The translations under genes and the position numbers were made by a program. Below, piece by piece: positions 20,712 to 32,065 of a DNA stretch of 64,000 nucleotides (its first letter is position 1; every line of letters starts with the position of its first letter). The notes below the pieces were generated by a model that saw only the letters and a program-made list of their open reading frames with translations, was not told where the DNA came from and did not search any database. The DNA is from an uncultured Candidatus Binatia bacterium (lineage in GTDB: Bacteria; Desulfobacterota; Binatia; UBA9968; CAXXLF01), in assembly GCA_965218425.1 (NCBI GenBank), contig OZ244621.1:608001-672000 (forward strand), in the 5' to 3' direction.

Positions 20712-21635
20712 TCACCTTCTCTTACTCCGCTCGCTGAGAAGGATCACCGGCGTGGCGATGAAAATTGTGGAATAGACACCGGAAATGAATCCCACCAAAA
20801 GGGCGAAGGCAAAGGGCCGGATGACACCTCCGCCCAACACCAGCAAGGCCGAAAGAACCAACAGTGACGTGCCGGTGGTGATAACCGTGCGACTCAGGGT
20901 CTCATTGATGCTTTTGTTGATAATGCTCTCCATCCCTTCTCGGCGAACCTTGCGCATGTTTTCCCGGATGCGATCGGATATAACCACGGTGTCATTGACG
21001 GAATAGCCCGCGATGGTGAGGAGGGCAGCCACAATGGGAAGATCGAACTCATAGTTGGCTAAGACAAGTGCCCCAATGGTAATCGCCACATCATGGATCA
21101 GGGCCGCAACGGCCCCTAAACCGAAGCCAAGTCCAAAGCGGGTTCCAAAACTAGAGCCAAAGCGGATCCAGACATACACGCCCATCATGACGGTGGCGGC
21201 GATGACCGACCATGTTCCCCTCCGACGCAGGTCCTTACCCACCTTGGGTCCCACAAATTCAACTCTACGGATCTCGAACTGATCGGGGCCAAACTGCTCG
21301 GTAAGGCCTCGGCGGATCTCTCCCCCGACAGTTGCCACCTGGTCTCCCGTCTTCTCCAAACGAATGAGAAACTCGCCTGCCCCACCACCGCCAAAATCCT
21401 GAACCACGCTGTCCCCGAAGCCCAAGCCCTCAAGGGATCGGCGGAGCTTATTGATGGTGAGATTCTCGGAAAATTTAACGTGGACCATGGTCCCGCCCGT
21501 AAAGTCCACGCCAAGGTTCGGGCCTTTCACTGCCAGGAGAAGAAAAACACTGAGAACCAGTACTCCTGACACCATGAAGGCTACGTAGCGATAACTAAGA
21601 AATGGGATTTGGGTTCCTGCTTTGATCAGTTCCAT
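20712..21635 (-). CDS. secF: Protein translocase subunit SecF
   Basis: GVDFTGG, VGPKVG, GYSVNDTVV, TLSRT; start placed at MELIK. Confidence 0.97.
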   Translation of the reverse strand: MELIKAGTQIPFLSYRYVAFMVSGVLVLSVFLLLAVKGPNLGVDFTGGTMVHVKFSENLTINKLRRSLEGLGFGDSVVQDFGGGGAGEFLIRLEKTGDQVATVGGEIRRGLTEQFGPDQFEIRRVEFVGPKVGKDLRRRGTWSVIAATVMMGVYVWIRFGSSFGTRFGLGFGLGAVAALIHDVAITIGALVLANYEFDLPIVAALLTIAGYSVNDTVVISDRIRENMRKVRREGMESIINKSINETLSRTVITTGTSLLVLSALLVLGGGVIRPFAFALLVGFISGVYSTIFIATPVILLSERSKRR

Positions 21636-21643
21636 GATTTTTC

Positions 21644-23245
21644 TCAAACACTCAAGCGGGCGAGACTCCTCCCCGACAGTCGGTAGTCGTAATAGATTCT
21701 GGTGCCGAAAACGGCCGTTATTACAGTGGTAAAAATTCCCACACACAGGGTTACGGCGAAACCCTTCACCGGACCGGTGCCGAATTGAAACAGAATCACG
21801 CCTGCCAGGAAAGTCGTAATATTCGAGTCAAAGATAGCCGGCAGGGCCCGCTCATAACCGGATTCCACTGCCGCCCTGGGTGATTTTCCGGTTCTCACCT
21901 CTTCACGGATTCGCTCGTTGATGAGCACGTTGGCATCCACCGCCATGCCCATGGTCAGAATGATCCCGCCGATCCCGGGCAATGTTAAGACGGCCCCAAA
22001 CCCCGCCAATACGGCCATCATGAAAAGGATGTTTGCCACCAGGGCCACATCAGCAAGGAGTCCGGCGCCTTGATAATAGGCAATCATAAAAAGCAGCAGC
22101 AGGGCTCCGCCAATGATAAATGAGGTTACGCCCTGGCGGATGGAGTCGCGTCCCAAGGAAGGACCCACGGTGCGTTCCTCCACGATTTCAACCGGAGCCG
22201 GCAAAGCCCCGGCCCTGAGCACAATGGAGAGATCGTGAGCTTCCTTGAAATCAAAACTTCCAGTGATGGAGGCCACCCCTCCGGCGATCCTCTCTTGAAT
22301 GACCGGCGCCGAATAGACCCGGCTGTCGAGGATAATGGCCAACTGCCGCCTGACGTTTTCCCCGGTAATTCTTTCAAAGATTCTTGCGCCTTCTGAGTTT
22401 AAAGTGAGTTCCACATAAGGACCTTCCAACTGCCCTCCCGGTCGAACCCTGGCGTCCGCGATATACTCTCCTGTCATCAAGGTTTTCGCCTCCAGAAGGT
22501 AGGGCACCTTCTGCACTCCAAGCCCTCCAACCACCCGCGGAGCGGTGGAATAAAGGATCTCCCTTCCAGGTGGAGGACCGTTGGTGACAGCTTCCTGCGG
22601 GTCGTTGACCTCGTCCACCAATTTAAATTCGAGCAAGGCCGTCTTTCCTATCAACTCCTTGGCCCTTTCCGGGTCCTGAATACCCGGCAGCTGAACGAGT
22701 ATGTCACGTCGCCCCTGGCGTTGGATGGTGGGTTCGCTAACGCCAAACTGGTCGATTCGATTTCGGATGGTCTCCAGTGACTGCTCCACGGCATTATCCC
22801 TGATGGTGCGAAGCTCCCTTTCCTGCAGGCCAAGTAAGATTTCCGCTCCCTCGGCACCGGACTGAGCACTCACCACAACGAGATTGGGGGCCTCGCTCCG
22901 AATGAGCTCCCGCACCCGTTGAGAGCTTTGTGATGGAACCCGAACGAGCACCCTGTTGTCCGAAACAAGAGCTATACTCGTCAGGGGGATCCCCCTTTCC
23001 TTGAGAAGATTGGTGAGATCGTCCCTCAACCGTTCCAGGCTGTTTTTCACCGCCTTCTCCACCTTGACTTCCAAAATAAGGTGGGTCCCACCCTGAAGAT
23101 CCAAGCCCAAATGAAGCCCTTCGGCCGGAAAGATTGCAGTCCACCACCCTGGCAGCTTCTCCACGAATGATGGCATCAGATAAACCAGCGAGGTGCAGAT
23201 GGAAATCAACAGGATGGCTACTCGAATGATTAAACCTTGCGACAT
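21644..23245 (-). CDS. secD: Protein translocase subunit SecD
   Basis: LGLDLQGG, RIDQFGVSEP, LRAGALPAP, VGPSLG, GMAVDANV. Confidence 0.98.
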   Translation of the reverse strand: MSQGLIIRVAILLISICTSLVYLMPSFVEKLPGWWTAIFPAEGLHLGLDLQGGTHLILEVKVEKAVKNSLERLRDDLTNLLKERGIPLTSIALVSDNRVLVRVPSQSSQRVRELIRSEAPNLVVVSAQSGAEGAEILLGLQERELRTIRDNAVEQSLETIRNRIDQFGVSEPTIQRQGRRDILVQLPGIQDPERAKELIGKTALLEFKLVDEVNDPQEAVTNGPPPGREILYSTAPRVVGGLGVQKVPYLLEAKTLMTGEYIADARVRPGGQLEGPYVELTLNSEGARIFERITGENVRRQLAIILDSRVYSAPVIQERIAGGVASITGSFDFKEAHDLSIVLRAGALPAPVEIVEERTVGPSLGRDSIRQGVTSFIIGGALLLLFMIAYYQGAGLLADVALVANILFMMAVLAGFGAVLTLPGIGGIILTMGMAVDANVLINERIREEVRTGKSPRAAVESGYERALPAIFDSNITTFLAGVILFQFGTGPVKGFAVTLCVGIFTTVITAVFGTRIYYDYRLSGRSLARLSV

Positions 23246-23246
23246 A

Positions 23247-23585
23247 CTACTGCGCCTTGACCTCCTTGCCGGCAGCTTTTTCCACTTTGGTCAATTGGGC
23301 GATTTGCGGTCGGTTGACCCGAATCCTCATATTCGGGGCAACTTCCAGGGTCACCACGTTATCCGCTAAAGAGATGACCTTGCCGAAGATACCTCCGGAG
23401 GTGAGAACTTCATCGTTCTTTTTTAGCTGAGCCAGCATATTTCGATGTTCCTTCGACTTTTTCTGTTGGGGACGCACCAGAAGGAAATAAAAAATGACAA
23501 AAATTAGCACCAACGGAAAAAGACTTATCAGGGTGCTGGGTCCCGAAGGTGCCGGCGTGTCCTGGGCAAAAGCTATACCCCACAT
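23247..23585 (-). CDS. yajC: Preprotein translocase subunit YajC
   Basis: FYFLLVRPQQK, DEVLTSGGIFG; AGGAG RBS before ATG 23585. Confidence 0.95.
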   Translation of the reverse strand: MWGIAFAQDTPAPSGPSTLISLFPLVLIFVIFYFLLVRPQQKKSKEHRNMLAQLKKNDEVLTSGGIFGKVISLADNVVTLEVAPNMRIRVNRPQIAQLTKVEKAAGKEVKAQ

Positions 23586-23593
23586 AATCGCTC

Positions 23594-24712
23594 CTATTCC
23601 GACTCTGAGTCCTGCACTACAATTTCTGATTCCGAGGGCCAAAGTTCATTCTTGCCCTCCCGAAGGCCCGTACGAATTTTCTCCATAAGACCATAATAAA
23701 AAGTCAGGTTATGCAGAGAATGGAGGCGGGCCGCAAGCATTTCTCCGGCCATATAGAGGTGCCGAAGGTAAGCGCGAGAGAAATGGCCGCAACAATAGCA
23801 ACCACAGGACTCATCCACCGGGCGACGATCGCGGGAGAACTCCGCGCGTTTAATATTGATTTTTCCTTTCGATGTGAACAGGGTCCCGTTCCTCGCATTT
23901 CTCGTCGGAATAACACAGTCAAACAAGTCATAACCGCAACGGGCGGCGAAGACCAGATCCTGCGGTCTTCCGACTCCCATGAGATAGCGGGGCTGATCCT
24001 CAGGTAAAAGGTTTGCCACAAAATCGGTCATTTCGCAAAATTGACTCTCTTCCTCACCCACGCCCAATCCACCTACGGCGAATCCGTCAAAGGGAAAATC
24101 AACGAGATCTTTCAAGCATTGCTCCCGGAGATCTTTGTACACACCCCCTTGGATAATGGCCAGGACGGCTTGCTTCCTTGAGCCGCGGGATTCGAGGGAA
24201 CGACGGGCCCACCTCACGGTTCGATGGGTTGAAGTACGGGCATAGTCCCGGGTCGCAGGGTAAGGAATACATTCATCTAGAACCATCGAGAGATCGCTGC
24301 CCAATGCCTCCTGGATTTCTATGACCTTCTCAGGGGTAAGGATATGTGTGGAGCCATCCAGATGGGACTGGAACCGCACCCCCCCCTCATTAATCTCCCT
24401 CAATCCCCCTATGCTCAACACCTGAAAACCACCGCTATCGGTCAGAATGGAACCTTCCCACCCCATGAATTTATGGAGCCCTCCTAAATCCCGAATCACA
24501 TCCACCCCCGGGCGAAGATACAAATGGTAGGTATTGGACAGGATCATTCGGTAGCCTATTTCCATCAGATCCCTGGGTGAGATGGCCTTCACGCTCCCCT
24601 GGGTCCCAACGGGCATGAAGGCTGGGGTTTCGATGACCCCATGGGCGGTTTCGAGTCGGCCCAGCCTGGCGCCACTGGCCGGGTCCTTTTTACAAACTGT
24701 AAATTTGAGCAT
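23594..24712 (-). CDS. tgt: tRNA-guanine transglycosylase
   Basis: TPAFMPVGT, NTYHL, TDSGGFQV, YLMGVG, CxCxxC. Confidence 0.98.
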   Translation of the reverse strand: MLKFTVCKKDPASGARLGRLETAHGVIETPAFMPVGTQGSVKAISPRDLMEIGYRMILSNTYHLYLRPGVDVIRDLGGLHKFMGWEGSILTDSGGFQVLSIGGLREINEGGVRFQSHLDGSTHILTPEKVIEIQEALGSDLSMVLDECIPYPATRDYARTSTHRTVRWARRSLESRGSRKQAVLAIIQGGVYKDLREQCLKDLVDFPFDGFAVGGLGVGEEESQFCEMTDFVANLLPEDQPRYLMGVGRPQDLVFAARCGYDLFDCVIPTRNARNGTLFTSKGKINIKRAEFSRDRRPVDESCGCYCCGHFSRAYLRHLYMAGEMLAARLHSLHNLTFYYGLMEKIRTGLREGKNELWPSESEIVVQDSESE

Positions 24713-24815
24713 CGTTACTGGTTAGTGCTTATGCGTTCATTGTACATTGATTACTCGCAGGATTACTCAATGCGCTCATCACGAATATACGATTTTACGA
24801 TTACACGATTAACCA

Positions 24816-25853
24816 TTAAAGGATTAACATCGCGTCCCCATAACTGTAAAACCGGTATTTCAACCGAACCGCCTCGTCATAGGCCTGTCGAACCAAATCC
24901 AGTCCGGCAAATGCAGCCACCATTAGAAGCGGGGTGGACCCCGGCAAATGAAAATTGGTGATCAATCCACTGATCACCCGAAAAGTAAAACCAGGCCGAA
25001 TGAATATACGGGTGAGACCATGGTCTTCTTCCAAATGTCCCTTTTTTTGTGCGATTCCCTCCAGAGTACGAGTGGAAGTTGATCCCACGGCAATAACTCG
25101 CCTGCCACTTTTTCTTGCCTTCTCAATCTTTTGGGCGGCTTTTTTCCCTAGAGTATAACGCTCTCCCTCCATTCGATGGGACTCCACCTCCACCGATCGG
25201 ATAGGCTGGAAGGTCCCCGGACCCACATGCAAGGTCAAAAACACCCGCTCCACGCCCATGGACGCCAATTTCTCAAAGAGTTCCGGGGTGAAATGAAGAC
25301 CCGCGGTAGGTGCAGCCACAGATCCCGGGCTCGACGCATACACGGTCTGGTACCTCTCCCAATCCGTTTGCTCCAGCTTTCGAGTACGATGGATGTAAGG
25401 GGGAAGAGGCGGCTCCCCCACCTCGGAAAGGACATCCATAAAGTTTCCCTGGTGACGGAACTGCAGACCAAATCGACCTTGCCCCATAACTCCCACCACG
25501 ATGGCGGTGATCCCACGGGAGAACATCAAGCGACTTCCCAAACGCGGTTTTTTGGCCGAATCAACCATTGCAATCCAAAGACTGCTCTGGCCGGGGAAGG
25601 ATTCCAGGAGCAGGACCTCTACCTTTCCTCCTGTTTCCTTCCGTCCAAGAAGCCTAACCGGAAGGACTTCCGAGTCATTGAGCACCAGGAGATCACCTGG
25701 CGATAGAAAGTCCACCAGGGAGGCGAAATCAGTGTGGGTTATTGTTCCGGCATGCCGTTCCAACACCAGGAGGCGTGACCCCGCACGATCTTCACTTGGG
25801 TAGGGTGCGATCAGGGATTGAGGGAGTTCATAGAGGAACTCTCTTAGCTCCAT
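24816..25853 (-). CDS. queA: S-adenosylmethionine:tRNA ribosyltransferase-isomerase
   Basis: PLPPYI, YQTVYA, AAPTAGLHF, TNFHLP, FYSYGDAM. Confidence 0.98.
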   Translation of the reverse strand: MELREFLYELPQSLIAPYPSEDRAGSRLLVLERHAGTITHTDFASLVDFLSPGDLLVLNDSEVLPVRLLGRKETGGKVEVLLLESFPGQSSLWIAMVDSAKKPRLGSRLMFSRGITAIVVGVMGQGRFGLQFRHQGNFMDVLSEVGEPPLPPYIHRTRKLEQTDWERYQTVYASSPGSVAAPTAGLHFTPELFEKLASMGVERVFLTLHVGPGTFQPIRSVEVESHRMEGERYTLGKKAAQKIEKARKSGRRVIAVGSTSTRTLEGIAQKKGHLEEDHGLTRIFIRPGFTFRVISGLITNFHLPGSTPLLMVAAFAGLDLVRQAYDEAVRLKYRFYSYGDAMLIL

Positions 25854-25985
25854 AATAGACTTGCCGGTCTGATGAGTTTATCGAACAAGAGATTGCCCAA
25901 GTCAGTAGAGCGAGGCAATGCCTCGCCCAAAAAGGGAATGAGAGTTAAAGGATAACCGTCGAACCTCCGGTCCCCAGCGGATCCC

Positions 25986-26750
25986 CTAGGTTTCCGACTC
26001 TGACTTTTTGATGAATGGGGTCAGCAAGTCAATGGGGACGGGAAATATGGTGGTGGAATTTTTTTCCGATGCCACCTCCACCAGACTCTGTAGGAAACGG
26101 AGCTGCAAGGCCATGGGTTGCTTACTGATTACTTCCGCCGCATCCGCCAGCTTTTGCGAGGCCTGGAATTCGCCGTCGGCGTGAATGACTTTTGCCCTTC
26201 GTTCCCTCTCCGCCTCCGCCTGTTTCGCCATGGCACGCTGCATCTCCTGAGGCAGGTCAATATGTTTCAACTCCACCAGTACGACCTTGATTCCCCAGGG
26301 ATCGGTCTGAAGGTCAAGAATTTCCTGGATTCGCCCGTTAATCCTTTCCCGTTCGGCAAGAAGCTCATCCAGCTCAGCCTGTCCACAGACGCTCCTTAAG
26401 GTGACCTGGGCAAGTTGAGAGGTGGCGAAGAGGAAACTCTCCACCTCTCGGATGGCCCTATTGGGGTCCAACACCCTGAAGTACAAGACCGCATTGACCT
26501 TAACGGATACGTTGTCCCGTGTAATGACATCCTGCGGTGGGACGTCCATGGTTACCGTACGTAGATCCACCCGAAGCATTCGCTCAATGACTGGAATCAC
26601 GTAGATGATCCCTGGACCCCGTGGATTCACCATCCGTCCAAGTCTAAATATTACACCGCGCTCAAATTCCCTTAATATCTTTATTCCGGTCACTAGCAGG
26701 ATACCGAGAATAATCAGAAACGTGTATAAGGGACCAAATCCAAAAAACAT
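25986..26750 (-). CDS. Slipin/stomatin (SPFH) family protein
   Basis: [29 protein letters not shown]; follows nfeD. Confidence 0.95.
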   Translation of the reverse strand: MFFGFGPLYTFLIILGILLVTGIKILREFERGVIFRLGRMVNPRGPGIIYVIPVIERMLRVDLRTVTMDVPPQDVITRDNVSVKVNAVLYFRVLDPNRAIREVESFLFATSQLAQVTLRSVCGQAELDELLAERERINGRIQEILDLQTDPWGIKVVLVELKHIDLPQEMQRAMAKQAEAERERRAKVIHADGEFQASQKLADAAEVISKQPMALQLRFLQSLVEVASEKNSTTIFPVPIDLLTPFIKKSESET

Positions 26751-26776
26751 AGCTGCCTCCTATCCCAGATCCTTGG

Positions 26777-28132
26777 CTAACTCTCCGCCCGACTTTTCAC
26801 CTTAAGTATCATCCCATCAAACCCGGCCACTTTGACTTTCTCACCCACGTCGTATTCCCCTCCGTCCCCCTCCGCGTTCCAAAATTCCCCATGAACGAAA
26901 ACTTTCCCATCGGGGTTCAACCTCACCTTGACCTCGGCCAACTCCCCCAACAGGCCCTCCACACCCAAGGTAGGTTTTCTCCGATGCGCCTTCACGACCA
27001 AATACCCGATCACAATCATGAACGCGCTCAAAGTACCAACCGCTGTGAAGACAATTTTCTTGTCCAACACCAAATCAGAGCCCTGGGTGTCAAATAAGAG
27101 AAGGGAACCAAGGGTTAGGGCAATGATCCCCCCAATTCCAAGCACCCCGAAACTTGGCAGAAAGGCCTCCCCCACAAGGAGCGCGAGACCCAATAGGATC
27201 AATGCCAGCCCCGCATAATTGATAGGAATGAGCTGAAACGAGGCGAGGGCCAAAAGGAGGGCTATGCCTCCGGCCACACCGGGGAAAATCACTCCCGGAT
27301 TGGAAAATTCCATATAGAGACCCAGGATGCCGGCCATCAACAGCAAATAGGCGATATTGGGGTCCGAGAGGATGTCGATGATTTTCTGCCTCAGAGCCAT
27401 GTTAAAACTCTGCACTCTCACCCCTTTGAAAGAGACCTTTTGCTTGGTCCCATTGATATCCACCTCACGCCCCTCGGCCTGTTTCAAAAGGTCCCTGATG
27501 TCATTGGCCACGATATCGATCACGTTTTTCTCCAGGGCTTCTTTGTCCGTGATGGAGATGCTGCGCCGCACAGCCTGGATCGCAAACTCCGTGTTTCTCC
27601 CGCGTCTTTCCGCAATGGTCTCGCTGAACGAGGCGGTAAAGTTCTCAATCTTCTCGCCCATCACCCCTTTGATCTCCTGCCCCCCTCCCGCCACGGGATG
27701 GGCAGCACCAATGTTTGTGCCGGGCGCCATGGCGGCGATGTGGGCTGCCAGCGTGATAAAGACTCCCGCCGATCCCGCACCCGCTCCACTGGGTGCCACA
27801 TAGACCAGCACAGGGAGCGGCGCCCCTAAGATCTCCTTAACGATGGATCGTGTGGAGCTGAGCAGCCCCCCCGGGGTATCCAGCTGAATCACCAGGGCCT
27901 TGGCGCCGCTGGCATGGGCCCTGGCAATGTTCTCCTTAATAAAGTCATCCACGGCGGGGTTGATTCCGCCATCCACCACGATCAGGTGCACCTGGGGTGA
28001 AACGGAAACGGGCTCCTTCATCTGAGCCAGGACGGAAAACCCTGCCAGGGCAAGGCCCACGAAAAGCGATCCCCCACTAAACAGCAGGAGAGGCGAGCTC
28101 TTGGAGCACTTTCTTGATATCTTGCCAAACAA
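26777..28132 (-). CDS. NfeD-family membrane serine protease (ClpP-like domain)
   Basis: LDTPGGL, AGSAG, TNIGAAHPV, VFVHGEFW; start uncertain. Confidence 0.93.
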   Translation of the reverse strand: MFGKISRKCSKSSPLLLFSGGSLFVGLALAGFSVLAQMKEPVSVSPQVHLIVVDGGINPAVDDFIKENIARAHASGAKALVIQLDTPGGLLSSTRSIVKEILGAPLPVLVYVAPSGAGAGSAGVFITLAAHIAAMAPGTNIGAAHPVAGGGQEIKGVMGEKIENFTASFSETIAERRGRNTEFAIQAVRRSISITDKEALEKNVIDIVANDIRDLLKQAEGREVDINGTKQKVSFKGVRVQSFNMALRQKIIDILSDPNIAYLLLMAGILGLYMEFSNPGVIFPGVAGGIALLLALASFQLIPINYAGLALILLGLALLVGEAFLPSFGVLGIGGIIALTLGSLLLFDTQGSDLVLDKKIVFTAVGTLSAFMIVIGYLVVKAHRRKPTLGVEGLLGELAEVKVRLNPDGKVFVHGEFWNAEGDGGEYDVGEKVKVAGFDGMILKVKSRAES

Positions 28133-28838
28133 GCTTCTTATCTCCAGGATTACGCAGCAGGTAGGCAGGGTGGAGTGTGGGCATCAACTTGATGCCGTGG
28201 TAGTCATGCCAGCCCCCGCGCAATTTCATGATTGGGACCTTACTCTTTAACAAAGATTGAACCGCAAATTTTCCCAAGGCCACAACGACCCTGGGCTTGA
28301 TCAATTCAATTTGTCGAACCAAAAAGGGCTCACAGGATTCGATCTCGTCGGACTCAGGATTGCGATTTTCAGGGGGACGACATTTAACCACGTTGGCAAT
28401 GTAGACCTCCGACCTTTCCATTCCCATGCCTTTGGTGATGATGTCCGTTAGGAGTTGCCCCGCACGCCCTACGAAAGGCTCCCCTTTCAAGTCCTCATCC
28501 CTTCCGGGCCCCTCTCCCACAAACATGACCTTTGCCTTTGGGTTTCCCACGCCAAAGACCAAATGAGTCCGCCCCGACGACAGTTTACATCGTTGACAGT
28601 CGCCAATGGCTTCACGCAGCTCCTCCAGCGTCTTGCTTTTATATGCAGAGGTATAATCGGAAAAGAGGTTAACCTCAAGGGCTTGACCGGGAACGGGTTG
28701 ATTCACAGCGTTCAGATTTCCAATCCGTGACTCGTCAATGGACAAATGAGAAATACCAACCTCAACTCGCCGCTCAAGGTGTAAGCGTAGCGAGGCGGCG
28801 ATCCTCTTTACTTCCTCTTGGCTACTCCGTTGGGACAT
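28077..28838 (-). CDS. Family-4 (Fe-S) uracil-DNA glycosylase
   Basis: [31 protein letters not shown]. Confidence 0.95.
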   Translation of the reverse strand: MSQRSSQEEVKRIAASLRLHLERRVEVGISHLSIDESRIGNLNAVNQPVPGQALEVNLFSDYTSAYKSKTLEELREAIGDCQRCKLSSGRTHLVFGVGNPKAKVMFVGEGPGRDEDLKGEPFVGRAGQLLTDIITKGMGMERSEVYIANVVKCRPPENRNPESDEIESCEPFLVRQIELIKPRVVVALGKFAVQSLLKSKVPIMKLRGGWHDYHGIKLMPTLHPAYLLRNPGDKKLVWQDIKKVLQELASPAV

Positions 28839-28888
28839 CCCTATACCAGAAGGAGCATCTTAGCACCATTCTTGAGGTACTATCAACA

Positions 28889-29431
28889 TTATCCGGCATG
28901 TTTTAACTGCTCCATGTATACGGAGCGGAGTGTAGCGAAATAAGAGAGGGTCACATCCCAGCGGTAATCGGGGTAGGTATGGCCATAAGGATGAAACGAC
29001 TCGTGATGATAACTGAGCGTTGCCTCGCCGTAAATTCCGGATCTTAGGTAAATTCGATGAGCGGCATCCTTGGTGGTTGCCAGGACTACTTTATTGGCAT
29101 CCAGATATCCCGGGTCGACGTTGACTCGACGACCCGCCTTGCCGCCTTCATGCCTCAGAAAGTTGTACTCCAATTCCTGTGAGATGGTTTTGATCTCCGC
29201 CAGCCGGTCGGGTTGAATCAAAGGAACATGAGAGACGAATTTGCGTAGAAGCTCCGGGCCCATCTCCTTTTCGTAGAAATCCGTCACCTCCCATGGGAAG
29301 GACGGACTTGCCGATTCCATGGGACCGAAGCGTTCCATCAGGGCGTCTTCCACCACAGGTAACAGCGGCCCGTGATTACAAAGCAGGCCGATAAATAGTT
29401 TGACTGGTTTTGGCTCCCGGGAAATCCCCAT
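28889..29431 (-). CDS. DUF4416 family protein
   Basis: TDFYEKEMG, RRVNVDPGY, HRIYL, YPDY. Confidence 0.85.
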   Translation of the reverse strand: MGISREPKPVKLFIGLLCNHGPLLPVVEDALMERFGPMESASPSFPWEVTDFYEKEMGPELLRKFVSHVPLIQPDRLAEIKTISQELEYNFLRHEGGKAGRRVNVDPGYLDANKVVLATTKDAAHRIYLRSGIYGEATLSYHHESFHPYGHTYPDYRWDVTLSYFATLRSVYMEQLKHAG

Positions 29432-29510
29432 GAATTACCAATGGTAATGACGTCTATGGAGTCGCCATGGATGAACGGCCGGAGATCAACGGAGGGTCCT
29501 TCTCCAGCGG

Positions 29511-30740
29511 CTATTCGTTTTGGGCCCTTTGCCTTCGGCCCTTTAGTGAGAGGAAATGATCCAAGATCCTGTCCGCTAGATCATCTTTGGTCATGAGGGG
29601 AAGAGGATGGGTCCCGCCCTTACGGTCCAGGAGAGTAGCCACGTTGGTATCCGAATCGAACCCGCTGCCTTCCTTGGTAACATCGTTGGCCACAATCAAG
29701 TCGAGGTTTTTCGCTCGGAGTTTTTTCCCCGCATTGGCCACGAGATCCTCCGTCTCGGCGGCAAATCCCACAAGGACCTTCCCGTTTTTTTTGGCGCCCA
29801 ATTCTTTGAGGATATCAACGTTAGGTTTTAGATTCAGCCGAAGGGCGGCGTCCCCTCGTTTGATTTTCCGGGCCACAACCTTTTCGGGTCGAAAATCAGT
29901 CACCGCAGCAGCCATAATAACCGCCGTAGCGCCTGCATACTCCTTGAGGACAGCCTGGCGCATCTCTTCCGCCGTCACCACCGAAATCAAATTCACTCCG
30001 GCAGGCGGTGCAGGGGTCGCCGGGCCACTGATCAGAGTGACTTCCGCCCCGCGTCTGGCGCCTGCGCGGGCCAGGGAATAACCCATCTTTCCCGACGAAC
30101 GATTGGAGATGTAACGAACAGGGTCCAGTGATTCCCGACTCGGGCCAGCAGTTACAACAAGCCGTTCACCCACCAGGTCCTTCTTCCCCAGCAGCCTCTG
30201 AATCTCCTTTAAGATATCCGCCGGCTCCGGTAGCCGTCCCTTCCCTTCATAGCCACAAGCCAGGTAACCATCGGCCGGCTCCATGAGTTCGTATCCGAGC
30301 CCCTTGAGCTTGCCAATATTTTCCTGCAGCACGGGGTTCTGAAACATATTCACATTCATGGATGGGGCAATCAGGACCCGGGCCCGAGTCGCCATGACCG
30401 CCGTAGTCAATAGATCATCGGCTATACCCGTTGCAATTTTTCCTATGAGATTGGCCGTTGCGGGCGCAATGACAAAAAGATCGGCCTGATCGGCAAGGTT
30501 GATATGGCCTATCTCGGATTCCTGAGTCAGATTGAATAAATCTGACGCCACGGGGTGGCCCGAAAGAGTCTGAAAGGTCAAGGGAGCGATAAATTCCATG
30601 GCCCCACGGGTCATGACCACCTGGACATCAATCCCCGCTCGGACTAGCAATCGGACCAGCTCGGCTGCCTTGTAACAGGCAATTCCCCCAGACACTCCGA
30701 GTACCACGTTTTTGCCCTTATTTTCTTCGCCTTGCGCCAC
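29511..30740 (-). CDS. coaBC: Phosphopantothenoylcysteine decarboxylase/synthetase
   Basis: GGIACYK, APATAN, TAGP..DPVRYISNRSSGKMG, GFAAET. Confidence 0.98.
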   Translation of the reverse strand: MAQGEENKGKNVVLGVSGGIACYKAAELVRLLVRAGIDVQVVMTRGAMEFIAPLTFQTLSGHPVASDLFNLTQESEIGHINLADQADLFVIAPATANLIGKIATGIADDLLTTAVMATRARVLIAPSMNVNMFQNPVLQENIGKLKGLGYELMEPADGYLACGYEGKGRLPEPADILKEIQRLLGKKDLVGERLVVTAGPSRESLDPVRYISNRSSGKMGYSLARAGARRGAEVTLISGPATPAPPAGVNLISVVTAEEMRQAVLKEYAGATAVIMAAAVTDFRPEKVVARKIKRGDAALRLNLKPNVDILKELGAKKNGKVLVGFAAETEDLVANAGKKLRAKNLDLIVANDVTKEGSGFDSDTNVATLLDRKGGTHPLPLMTKDDLADRILDHFLSLKGRRQRAQNE

Positions 30741-31002
30741 GTTTTTTTAAGATATCCAATCACCTAAGGGTTTGCAATCCCAGAACCTATTGGAATCCAA
30801 ATGATCAAACCTTAACAGCAAGGGCCCCTGGCGTGTCACAAGGTGTGCAAAATTAGTCCAAATCGTACCCGGATCGATCATCCTTAGGATCCTCCCCCAT
30901 GGCCTCCTGATTGCATTAAATTTCAGGAAGCCGTCTCCAGCTCATGCTAGGACGGCCTACCTCGTCGTTCAACGGGGTCTCGACGGGAGAGCTGAAACCA
31001 AC

Positions 31003-31030
31003 TTGACCTGTCGGAATAAGTCTGTAAAAT
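31003..31030 (+). promoter_or_regulatory. Possible sigma70 promoter of mlaA
   Basis: TTGACC, 16-nt spacer, TAAAAT shortly before ATG 31044. Confidence 0.45.
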
Positions 31031-31043
31031 TATTAAGAGAATT

Positions 31044-31892
31044 ATGGACGCCCGCGTCAAATATTACAGGTTCTTCCTCATGGTGGTCATTGCCGTTGGT
31101 CTCGTGAGCGGCCCGGCTCTGCAATCCAAGGCTCACGCAAATGGGGACCCCGCTCCTCCTGGAGCCGGTGCTGCCACTGACCCCGTGGGAAAGTCACCCG
31201 CTGAAAAATCGTCTGAAAAGAGGCAATCCTCACTGTTCGAGGACCCCTTTGCGGTCGAGGCCGGCAATAGCGCCGCCGCAGGAGACCCATGGGAAAAATT
31301 CAATGAAAAGATGTTCTCGTTCAACCGAGAATTCGATCGCTGGTTTCTGGAACCGGTTGCCGCAGGATACGACTTCGTCCTTCCCGATGTGGCGCAGACC
31401 GGCGTCAGGAACGCCATCAGAAATATCGACGTGGTACACCGACTGGTAAATAGCCTCCTGCAGCTCAAGTTTGAAGGAGCGGCGCGGGAAATCCTTCGCT
31501 TCACCATCAACTCTACTTTCGGTATCGGCGGGCTGATCGACTTTGCAAAAATCTCAGCGGGGATTCCACAAAGCAACGAGGATACCGGACAAACCATGGG
31601 AGTTTACGGCATGAAGCCCGGCCCCTATTTGATCCTTCCCTTTTTTCCTCCCATGACGGTTCGCGACGGCATCGGCGCCATATGTGACCGGGCCATGAAT
31701 CCACTCCTTTACGGTGGTATGTTCGTGGACGGAGCAACCGGCGTAAGCAACGCCGTCTCTATCCTCAACGCCGTCAACGAGCGCTCCTATAACATGGAAA
31801 CCTTTGAGCAGTTTGAGGGCTTGGTCATCGACCCGTACAGCGCCCTGCGCAACGCCTATCTGCAAAACCGGGAAGCCGCCGTCAGAGAATAA
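31044..31892 (+). CDS. mlaA: VacJ/MlaA family protein
   Basis: DPWEKFN, RFTINSTFGIGG, EDTGQT, GPYLILP, DPYSALRNAYLQ. Confidence 0.92.
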   Translation: MDARVKYYRFFLMVVIAVGLVSGPALQSKAHANGDPAPPGAGAATDPVGKSPAEKSSEKRQSSLFEDPFAVEAGNSAAAGDPWEKFNEKMFSFNREFDRWFLEPVAAGYDFVLPDVAQTGVRNAIRNIDVVHRLVNSLLQLKFEGAAREILRFTINSTFGIGGLIDFAKISAGIPQSNEDTGQTMGVYGMKPGPYLILPFFPPMTVRDGIGAICDRAMNPLLYGGMFVDGATGVSNAVSILNAVNERSYNMETFEQFEGLVIDPYSALRNAYLQNREAAVRE

Positions 31893-32065
31893 CCGCCCGG
31901 TCATCATATCGACTCGTAGACAAAGGGCGCCCCTTGCGCACGGGGGAAGTGCCATTCTCGCTGCCTCCAAGAAAAAACAATTGATTTCCTCAATTCATTG
32001 AATTATATGAGGGATGCGTTTGGCCTTCGCACCGGTTCCCGCTCGGGAACTGCCGACAATCCATT

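Noticed and set aside
24715..24815. Short degenerate tandem repeats (TACGATT-like); similar low-complexity runs at ~10190-10230 and ~12435-12470
   Set aside because: Few, imperfect 7-8-mers typical of intergenic filler; no spacer structure.
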